This document shows, one piece after another, positions 1 to 11,000 of a stretch of DNA of 34,803 nucleotides (its first letter is position 1; every line of letters begins with the position of its first letter). A program made the translations under genes and the position numbers. The stretch is from Macrostomum lignano (Eukaryota). Below the pieces are notes generated by a model. That model had not been told where the DNA came from. It was given only the letters and a program-made list of their open reading frames with translations, and ran no database searches. The stretch spans positions 1-34,803 of the forward strand of contig NIVC01004802.1 of assembly GCA_002269645.1 (NCBI GenBank). The letters are read 5' to 3'.

Positions 1-1787
1 CCCTACCCTCTCTTTTCTACCTCTCTCCCTACCCTCTCTTTTTCTACCCTCTCTCCCTACCCTCTCTTTTTCTACCTCTCTCCCTACCCCTCTTTTCTAC
101 CCTCTCTCCCTACCCTCTCTTTTCTACCCTCTCTCCCCTACCCTCTCTTTTCTACCCTCTCTCCCTACCTCTCTCTCCTACCCTCTCTGTCCTACCCTTC
201 TCTCCTACCCTCTCTGTCCTACCCTCTCTCTCCTACCCTCTCTCTTCTACCCTCTCTCCTACCCTCTCTCTCTACCCTCTCCTACTACCCTCTCTCTCCT
301 ACCCTCTCTCCCCTACCTCTCTCTCCATCCTCTCTCTCCTACCCTCTCTCTCCTACCCCTCTCTCCTCCCTCTCTTCTCCTATCCTCTCTCTCCTACCCT
401 CTCTCCCTACCCTCTCTCTCCTACTCTCTCTTCTACCCTCTCTCTACCTCTCTCTCCTACCCCTCTCTCTACTACCCTCTCTCTCCTACCCTCTCTCCCC
501 TACCCTCTCTCTCCTATCCTCTCTCTCCCTCTCTCTCCTACCCTCTCTCTCTACCCTCTCTCTCCTATCCTCTCTCTCCTACCCTCTCTCCCCTACCCTC
601 TCTCTCCTACCCTCTCTCTCCTACCCTCTCTCCTACCCTCTCTCTCCTACCTCTCTCCCCTACCCTCTCTCTCCTACCTCTCTCTCCTACCCTCTCTCTC
701 CTACCCTCTCTCCTACCCTCTCTCCCTACCCTCTCTCTTCTACCGTCTCTCTCCTACCCTCTCTCTTCTACCTCTCTCTTACCTCCTCTCTCCTACCCTC
801 TCTCTTCTACCCTCTCTCCCCTCTCTCTCTACTACCTCTCTCTCTTACCCCCTTTATTCTCTCTCCTACCCTCTCTCTTCTACCCTCTCTCTCCTACCCT
901 CTCTCTTCTACCCTCTCTCCCCTACCCTCTCTTTTCTACCTCTCTCCCCTACCCTCTCTCTCCTACCCTCTCTTGTCCTACCCTCTCTCTCTACCCTCTC
1001 TGTCCTACCCTCCTCTCCTACCTCTCTCTTCTACCTCTCTCCTACCCTCTCTCTCTACCCTCTCTCTACTACCCTCTCTCTCCTACCCTCTCTCCCTACC
1101 CTCTTTTTTTACCCTCTCCCCTACCCTCTCTTTCTACCCTCTCTCCCCTACCCTCTCTTCTACCCTCTCTCCCCTACCCTCTCTTTTCTACCTCTCTCCC
1201 CTACCTCTCTTTCTACCCTCTCTCCCCTACCCTCTCTTTTCTACCCTCTCTCCCTACCCTCTCTCTCCTCCCTCTCTGTCCTACCCTCTCTCTCCTACCC
1301 TCTCTGTCCTACCTCTCTCTCCTACCCTCTCTCTTCTACCCTCTTCCTACCCTTCTCTCCTATCCTCTCTCTCCTACCCTCTCTCCCCTACCTCTCTCTC
1401 CTACCCTCTCTCTCCTACCCTCTCCCCTACCCTCTCTCTCTACCCTCTCTCCCCTACCCTCTCTCTCCTACCCTCCTCTCCTACCCTCTCTCTCTACCTC
1501 TCTCCTACCCGCTCTCCCCTACCCTCTCTCTTCTACGTCTCTCTCCTACCTCTCTCTTCTACCCTCTCTCTCCTACCTCCTCTCTCCTACCCTCTCTCTT
1601 CTACCTCTCTCCCCTACCCTCTCTCTACTACCCTCTCTCTCTTACCCCTTTATTCTCTCTCCTACCCTCTCTCTTCTACCTCTCTCTCCTACCCTCTCTC
1701 TCTACCCTCTCTCTTCTACCCTCTCTCTCCTACCCTCTCTCTCCTACCCTCTCTCTCTCTTAACCCCCTTTATTCTCTCTCCTACCC
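1..1787. repeat. CT-rich degenerate satellite, ~12-14 bp unit (CTACCCTCTCTCTC-like); intronic to the otopetrin gene and truncated by the window start
   Basis: Almost pure C/T plus strand with periodic CTACC. The 973-1812 ORF is only S/L/P/Y low complexity. Confidence 0.95.
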
Positions 1788-1875
1788 TCGCTGTGTGGGA
1801 ATTCTAATTTAACGGTAAAAAACAACAACCACTCCCTTCATCAACTTTCAAACCATAATGCAATCCCCTTTGCAG

Positions 1876-2074
1876 GCATTCTACATCTACCTGTTCGTGA
1901 CGGCCATCGGGTTTATGGCCTGCGTTTACGCTCTGCTTGCTGCGGAGGCGCCGACACAGCGGCCGCGACATCGTCGAGACTTGATCGTCGATGGACGGCA
2001 AGGAGAAATCGGGAGTTCGACTGCTCAGGCGGAGCGCCGCCAAGGGTGGCCTCTACTGCGGCTTGGTGCCATCG
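1876..2074 (+). CDS. Otop: Otopetrin exon (first visible, internal): AFYIYLFVTAIGFMACVYALL...QGWPLLRLGAI
   Basis: Acceptor CCCCTTTGCAG ends at 1875, donor GTATGA at 2075. Hydrophobic TM segment, and LRLGAI matches the otopetrin LR(L/V)GA motif. Confidence 0.88.
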
Positions 2075-5000
2075 GTATGATCTTAGTATCGAGCTCTGGT
2101 TGGTTTGACACTCGGGTCTCTAATGTCATGCAGGATGTGTCTCTAATCTAATCTATCCATTAGTATCTAATCAAATATATTCATTAGTCTCTAATCTAAT
2201 CTAATCGTTAGTCTCTATCTAATCTAATCATTAATCTGTACTTTCTCAATAGGTCTAATCTAACATGAGTCTCTAGTCTACGCATTATTCTCAAATTTCG
2301 TCTATTATCCAGTCTTAAATGCCAACTAGTCACTTGTTTGTCAGCTACGAATGTTTTATTTCATCTCATCTCCCCAACTTACCCAGCATTGCACAATTGG
2401 TGTCGCGTGTCCACACGTAGAGAGCCTCAGAGCTGGCCTCTTTTTCTTTCTCTAGCGCAGCCATCAAAACTACCAATTAATGCATAATTTATGGTGACAA
2501 AGTCTTGCAGCACTATGTGGCTTCCGTGCTTCTTGCTACGGACCAGTATTTTGGCACGATGAACTCTAGCGAGCTCTGGCTACAAGAAATTCTGTGTTAA
2601 TTATGGTTTTTAGCTTTTTACCTGTGAAAAGGGATGAAAAAAAGTGAATTTTTAAAAATACTTGGGGATGAAGTGACTGAAGAAATGAAGCAGAGTGACA
2701 ATGAGGTGGCTTGGCAGTAGAGTGACTGAAGAAATGAAGCAGAGTGACAATGAGGTGGCTTGGCCAGTAGAGTGACTGAAGAAATGAAGGAGAGTGACAA
2801 TGAGGTAGATTTGTCGGTGAAGTGACTGAAGAAACGAAGGAGAGTGACAATGAGGTGGATTGGCCAGTAGAGTGACTGAAGAAATGAAGCAGAGTGACAA
2901 TGAGGTAGATTGGCCGTAGAGTGACTGAAGAATGAAGGAGAGTGACAATAAGGTGGATTGGCCAGTAGAGTGACTGAAGAATGAAGGAGAGTGACAATAA
3001 GGTGGATTGGCCAGTAGAGTGACTGAAGAAATGAAGCAGAGTGACAATGAGGTGGCTTGGCCAGTAGAGTGACTGAAGAATGAAGGAGAGTGACAATGAG
3101 GTGGCTTGGCCAGTAGAGTGACTGAAGAATGAAGGAAAGTGACAATGAGTGGATTGGCCAGTAGAGTGACTGAAGAATGAAGGAGAGTGACAATGAGGTG
3201 GATTGGCCAGTAGAGTGACTGAAGAAGAATGAAGGAGAGTGACAATGAGGTGGATTGGCCAGTAGAGTGACTGAAGAATGAAGGAGAGTGACAATGAGGT
3301 GGCTTGGCCAGTAGAGTGACTGAAGAATGAAGGAGAGTGACAATGAGGTGGCTTGGCCAGTAGAGTGACTGAAGAATGAAGGAGAGTGACAATGAGGTGG
3401 ATTGGCCAGTAGAGTGACTGAAGAATGAAGGAGAGTGACAATGAGGTGGCTTGGCCAGTAGAGTGACTGAAGAATGAAGGAGAGTGACAATGAGGTGGCT
3501 TGGCCAGTAGAGTGACTGAAGAATGAAGGAGTGACAATAAGGTGGATTGGCCAGTAGAGTGACGGAAGAAATGAAGCAGAGTGACAATGAGGGGCTTGGC
3601 CAGTAGAGTGACTGAAGAATGAAGGAGAGTGACAATGAGGTGGCTTGGCCAGTAGAGTGACTGAAGAATGAAGGAAAGTGACAATGAGGTGGCTTGGCCA
3701 GTAGAGTGACTGAAGAATGAAGGAGAGTGACAATGAGGTGGATTGGCCAGTAGAGTGACTGAAGAATGAAGGAGTGACAATAAGGTGGATTGGCCAGTAG
3801 AGTGACTGAAGAATGAAGGAGTGACAATGAGGTGGATTGGCCAGTAGAGTAACTGAAGAAATGAAGCAGAGTGACAATGAGGTGGCTTGGCCGGTAGAGT
3901 GACTGAAGAATGAAGGAGAGTGACATAAGGTGGATTGGCCAGTAGAGTGACTGAAGAATGAAGGAGAGTGACAATGAGGTGGATTGGTCAGAGGAGTGAC
4001 TGAAGAAATGGAGAGTGACAATGAGGTGGATTGGCCAGTAGAGTGACTGAAGAATGAAGGAAAGTGACAATGAGGTGGATTGGCCAGTAGAGTGACTGAA
4101 GAATGAAGGAGAGTGACAATGAGGTGGATTGGCCAGTAGAGTGACTGAAGAATGAAGGAGAGTGACAATGAGGTGGATTGGCCAGTAGAGTGACTGAAGA
4201 ATGAAGGAGAGTGACAATGAGGTGGCTTGGCCAGTAGAGTGACTGAAGAATGAAGGAGAGTGACAATGAGGTGGCTTGGCCAGTAGAGTGACTGAAGAAT
4301 GAAGGAGAGTGACAATGAGGTGGCTTGGCCAGTAGAGTGACTGAAGAATGAAGGAGAGTGACAATGAGGTGGCTTGGCCAGTAGAGTGACTGAAGAATGA
4401 AGGAGTGACAATAAGGTGGATTGGCCAGTAGAGTGACTGAAGAAATGAAGCAGAGTGACAATGAGGTGGCTTGGCCAGTAGAGTGACTGAAGAATGAAGG
4501 AGAGTGACAATGAGGTGATTGGCCAGTAGAGTGACTGAAGAATGAAGGAAAGTGACAATGAGGTGGCTTGGCCAGTAGAGTGACTGAAGAATGAAGGAGA
4601 GTGACAATGAGGTGGCTTGGCCAGTAGAGTGACTGAAGAATGAAGGAGTGACAATAAGGTGGATTGGCCAGTAGAGTAACTGAAGAAATGAAGCAGAGTG
4701 ACAATGAGGTGGCTTGCCGGTAGATGACTGAAGAATGAAGGAGAGTGACAATAAGGTGGATTGGCCAGTAGAGTGACTGAAGAATGAAGGAGAGTGACAA
4801 TGAGGTGGATTGGTCAGAGGAGTGACTGAAGAAATGGAGAGTGACAATGAGGTGGATTGGCCAGTAGAGTGACTGAAGAATGAAGGAGTGACAATAAGGT
4901 GGATTGGCCAGTAGAGTAACTGAAGAAATGAAGCAGAGTGACAATGAGGTAGATTGGCCGGTAGAGTGACTAAAGAATGACGGAGAGTGACAATGAGGTG

Positions 5001-8000
5001 GATTGGCCAGTAGAGTGACTGAAGAATGAAGGAGAGTGACAATGAGGTGGATTGGTCAGAGGAGTGACTGAAGAAATGGAGAGTGACACGGGTGAAGTGA
5101 AGGCAAGCAATGAGTCATGTATGCCTTACCTCAACGCTTTTAGCGCAAAAGCTTAAAGATTACATCCTGAGAATTTTCGGTTTTGTTTAACTAGAATTGC
5201 GGAATTTGCTTCAGTATGAGTCACCCATCCCCCCTTTAAATCCTCCCTTGATCTCTATACTTAATACTCAATCATTATTGCATCACACGCACTGCCAACA
5301 ACAATAATAAGGTTAATAATCATACATATAGGCCTTATATATCAGGTGTTTAACCATTAATTTTGCTAAAGCCAATCATTGATGACGTAATCCATAGCGA
5401 CTGTGGCTCCTCTCTATCGGCCTTTGCAATGCTGAATTTTCTGGGCTTTTGGAAGATTATTTGCTGATGTTGCTGTCACTATCAATTTTCGTGATGGAAT
5501 CGTATATTTTTTCTCGATTGTCAATAAACATTTTTACACAAATTTCACGGAGTGTGACAGTGAAGAGTCATTGAGTATCGCAGAGAGTGTGACACAATGA
5601 AGATTCATTGGTATCGCAGAGAGTGACACAGTGGAGAGTCATTGGGTATCGCAGAGAGTGTGACACAATGAAGATTCATTGGGCATCGCAGAGAGTGACA
5701 CAGTGGAGAGTCATTGGGTATCGCAGAGAGTGTGACACAATGAAGATTCATTGGGTATCGCAGAGAGTGACACAGTGGAGAGTCATTGGGTATCGCAGAG
5801 AGTGTGACACAATGAAGATTCATTGGGTATCGCAGAGAGTGACACAGTGGAGAGTCATTGGGTATCGCAGAGAGTGTGTGACACAGTGAAGAGTCATTGG
5901 GTATCACAGAGTGTGTGTGACACAATGAAGATTCATTGGGTATCGCAGAGAGTGACACAGTGGAGAGTCATTGGGTATCGCAGAGAGTGTGTGACACAGT
6001 GAAGAGTCATTGGGTATCACAGAGTGTGTGTGACACAATGAAGATTCATTGGGTATCGCAGAGAGTGACACAGTGGAGAGTCATTGGGTATCGCAGAGAG
6101 TGTGTGACACAGTGAAGAGTCATTAGGTATCACAGAGTGTGTGTGACACAATGAAGATTCATTGGGTATCACAGAGAGTGGCAAGTGAAGAGTGGTTGTT
6201 TCAGTATAAGCAGAAAGTGCCAACATGATGTAAACAATAATAATGTGTAATCTCTCGACTTGTTGCACAATCTGACAGCAACAACTCGAAGTGTGTCATC
6301 AGCTTCATCACACTTTCACACCAGCTTCCTGTCCAAGTTGAGTTGAAGGTATAGAGGCAGTTGCGCAACAGGATTAAGCTGTGCTGCATCGGACATTTGT
6401 GTTTAGACACAGGCGGGGTGGGAGCATGCCAGCACTGACCAGGCGCAGTGACCATGGAGTCGTCTGCCCACAACACAGGCACAGCTAACTCGGATATAAA
6501 CCTATACTGCTCTTCCTGACAGTCCAGTGCAGAGTGAGTCACAAGCATTTTTTATCTGCAGACTTTGAGTTTTACAACCGTGAGCCTCTACAACAGATCC
6601 CCCGCGGTTGGAATCACTCTGGGAGCAAAAAATGAAAGTGTACCATATCACAGTGGTTTAGCTAGTTCTAACACCTCTACGGGTGTTCTACATAGGGAAA
6701 AATTGATGCCTGACTTTTAATTCACGTGAACTAATATTAGTTACCTAGGCTTAGTCATCCCCGTACACATTGTTGTGTTGAAAATAGTCAAGTAAAGTCC
6801 TAATTTTTACGACCATTGATTATTTTTGTCTGAAGTAAGAGAAGGAATTGCAGTTGGACTCCTGCTGGGCAAGTTTTTTTAGTATCAGTTTTATGGCACC
6901 CTTCTGTAGGCTAGAATTCTCTGCAATGACCAATGTGACGCGTCTGATCTCTCTCGAGGCTCGAGGCAGATGAGTCAAACATGCACAGGAATAGTACAGT
7001 ATGCTTTATACCGATACATGTATAGATATCATTGGAATATATCATTGACGCTCCAAACCTGCCTATATTCTAAGCTGAATTCACTGTTGTAATACATCTC
7101 ATTACACCTCACAATTGAGTACTTGTCAATGAGAAGTGAGAATCACACGATTATCACACGATAGCCACACTATAATCACATAATAATCACACTATACCGG
7201 TAGTCACAAGATAGTCACACGATAATCACACGATAGTCACACGATAGTCACACGATAGTCACATGATAGTTACACGATATTCACACGATAGTCACACGGT
7301 AGTCACACGATAGTCACTCGATAGTCACACGATGGTCACTCGATAGTCACACGGTAGTCACACGATAGTCACATGATAGTTACATGATATTCACACGATA
7401 GCCACACGATAGTCACACGATAATCACACGATAGTCACACGATAGTCACACGATAGTCACATGATAGTTACACGATATTCACACGATAGTCACACGGTAG
7501 TCACACGATAGTCACTCGATAGTCACACGATAATCACACGATAGTCACACGGTAGTCACACGATAGTCACATGATAGTTACATGATATTCACTCGATAGT
7601 CACACGATAGTCACTCGATAGTCACACGATAGTCACACAATAGTCACACGATAATAGCTATCACGGAAAAACCATTTTTACGAGCTAATAGCCTCCACGA
7701 GCCGTAAATTATGGTACAAGTAACCACAAAGTTGCCATCTGGCCATGACAAAAGAGTGACAGTTGATAACGTCTGTTCAAGATTCACATACTATCAGTTC
7801 CCTTATATTCTCCACCTGACCGCTAAAAGGTACACTGCCTTACATCCAGCATTGAACTTTACACTTTGCAGTGTTTGGCATCGCCTCAATGATTCGAGAC
7901 GGGATAGCCCTGGCCGCGAGTCTGCAGCACGGATCCCAGCTGACCAACTGCTCGCATCCCATTGTGCCAATACGCGGCGCTCTTAGCATCCTGTTCACCT

Positions 8001-11000
8001 TTGTTCAGTTGAATTTTCTCTTCTTTATGAATGCGAAGGTGAGTTCAATTGATGGGATGACGACACTTAGAGCCTAGAGAGCTTGATGAATCGATCGCTT
8101 CTTGAGCTTGTTTGTAATGCCTTCACTGTTCCTAGGGAAAATGCAAGTTAGTGTTAGACAATCATGTCATTTAGGTGTACCATAGAAGGTGTTTTAAGGA
8201 CGTGCCGTAGGTTGTCTTAAGTACGTGTTATGGGTGCCTTAAGGTCGTGCCATGGGCTGTCTTGAGGACTGCCATGGAGTGTCTTAAGAACGTGCCATGG
8301 GATGTCTTAACGACGTGCCTTAGGGTGTCTTAAGGACTTGCCATGGGGTGACTTAACGACGTGCCTTAGGGTGTCTTAAGGACTTGCCATGGGATGTCTT
8401 AATAACGCGCCATGGGGTGTCTTAAGTTCGTGCGATGGGGTCTCTTAAGATCCTGCTTTAGAGTGTCTTATGAACGTGCCATGGGCTCTTTTAAGATCGT
8501 GCCTTAGAGTGTCTTATGAACGTGCCATGGGATGCCTTAAGCACTTAAGCACTTGCCATGGGTTGTCTTAATGACTGCCATGGGGTGTCTTGAGGTCGTG
8601 CCATGGGGTGTCTTAAAGACGTGCTATGGGTGTCAAGAACGGGCCATGAGGTGTCTTAAGAACGTGCCATAGAAAGTCTTAAGGACGGGCCATGAGGTGT
8701 CTTAAGAACGTGCCATAGAAAGTCTTAAGGACGGGCCATGAGGTGTCTTAAGAACGTGCCATACAAAGTCTTAAGGACGGGCCATGAGGTGTCTTAAGAA
8801 CGTGCCATAGAAAGTCTTAAGGACGGGCCATGAGGTGTCTTAAGAACGTGCCATAGAAAGTCTTAAGGACGGGCCATGAGGTGTCTTAAGAACGTGCCAT
8901 ACAAAGTCTTAAGGACGGGCCATGAGTGTCTTAAGAACGTGCCATAGAAAGTCTTAAGGACGGGCCATGAGGTGTCTTAAGAACGTGCCATAGAAAGTCT
9001 TAAGGACGGGCCATGAGGTGTCTTAAGAACGTGCCATACAAAGTCTTAAGGACGGGCCATGAGGTGTCTTAAGAACGTGCCATAGAAAGTCTTAAGGACG
9101 GGCCATGAGGTGTCTTAAGAACGTGCCATAGAAAGTCTTAAGGACGGGCCATGAGGTGTCTTAAGAACGTGCCATACAAAGTCTTAAGGACGGGCCATGA
9201 GGTGTCTTAAGAACGTGCCATAGAAAGTCTTAAGGACGGGCCATGAGGTGTCTTAAGAACGTGCCATAGAAGGTCTTAGTCATTTTTGAAATAGCTTGCT
9301 TCTTCAAAAGGCAACAGGCTCTCAAAGTTTGTCAATATTTTACCCGATAAACTTGGCTGGAAAATTTAATACAGGTAAAAGCCGTAGTCTTCAGTTTAAT
9401 AAACTTATGAAGAGTTTAAAAGAACTCAGTAGCTGTTCAACGTAAAAAAGGTGAAATTAGAAAGCAAGTCACAAAGCAAGCAAGGATGGGGTAGCATTGT
9501 GCTACAAATAATAGACTTAGAGACTTTACAGGGCATTAGCTAACTATAGCAGTTGTGAAAGACCTTTTTTAATAAAGAATAGTGGACAACATATTCAGTT
9601 CACATCCTTTCATCCTTAGTGGGGGAGGAGAGATTAAAGCCCACAGGGGATTAGAGCTCCAGGTGAAAGTTAGAGGATGATGGCTGTGTGGTGGAGGCGG
9701 ATCTAGTTTAGAATAGCCCTCGAGCATCCCAGCTGGCTTAGTCTATTTTCTAACAATTTGCTCTCTCTTTGAGTCAGCCTCCCGTCCCACTCTGACCGAT
9801 TCTCCTCTTCTCTTCCCATCCCACACTCTTCCTTAGTGAGTGCTCTTCGGGTCTTTTGGTGACCGCTTTAATTAGGCTCCGCGAAGCCTCCTAGCTTTTA
9901 CCGACCGAGCCCGTCCACCGCAGAAGCGAAGTGTCCCGGACGACTTCTTTTTTGTGAAAATTCCAGCGTGTTTCCAACGAGAAAGACTGCCAAGCGAAAC
10001 TCGAGACCGCGACTTCGATTGAAAAAGCGAAAGTTACAAAAAATTTCAAAGTGGATCGAGAATTACTTCTAGACTTGGGCCGCGTTTAGTTTGCACTCTG
10101 CAAAATGTTTTTGTTTAAAACTTAAGATAGCAGTAATTTGAATACTTCTGTTAGTGCTACTGTAAGTAGCGCTGGTGAAAATTTTCATATATTATTTGTA
10201 ACCAAAATATTGATAGCTTCGTTATTAAATTATTTTTTTTCTAGATCTCATCGTAAATAATTAAGGGATGAGATCTCATGATCCCATCGATAATTAGGGG
10301 TGTATTCCATGATCCCATCGATAATTAGGGGTGAAATTACATGATCCCATAAATAATAAGAGGTGAGATTCCATGATCCCATACATATTTAGGAGTGAGA
10401 TTCTATGGTCCCATACATAATAAGAGGTGAGACTACATTCATTACCCTATACATAATAAGGGGTGAGATTCCATGATTCCATCGATAATAAGGGGTGAGA
10501 TTCTATGATCCTATCGATAGTAAGGGGTGAGATTCCACGATCCCATCGATAATAAGGGGTGAGATTTCATGATTCAATCGATACTTAGGGGTGAGATTCC
10601 ACGATCTCATCGATAATAAGGGGTGAGATTCCATGATCCCATCGATAATAAGGGGTGAGATTCCATAATCCCATCGATAATAAGGGGTGAGATTCCATGA
10701 TCCCATCGATAATAAGGGGTGAGATTCCATGATCCCATCGATAATAAGGGGTGAGATTCCACGATCTCATCGATAATAAGGGGTGAGATTCCATGATTCC
10801 ATCGATAATAAGGGGTGAGATTCCACGATCTCATCGATAATAAGGGGTGAGATTACATGATCCCATCGATAATTAGGGGTGAGATTACATGATAACCTTG
10901 CATACCCGCAGATGTGTATCAACAAGTATCAGGTAGTGGCTAGATTTTTCCTAGCACATCTGGTCGCCACCAATACCTGCGTCTGGTTGAGAACAGTACT

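Noticed and set aside
2566-5042. Minus-strand ORFs of 318-796 aa
   Set aside because: They are translations of the 49-bp minisatellite, open in several frames with periodic peptides and no domain.
6649-6655. CACAGTG heptamer (RSS/Transib-like terminus)
   Set aside because: No nonamer at 12/23 spacing and no matching inverted end nearby; a 7-mer is expected by chance.
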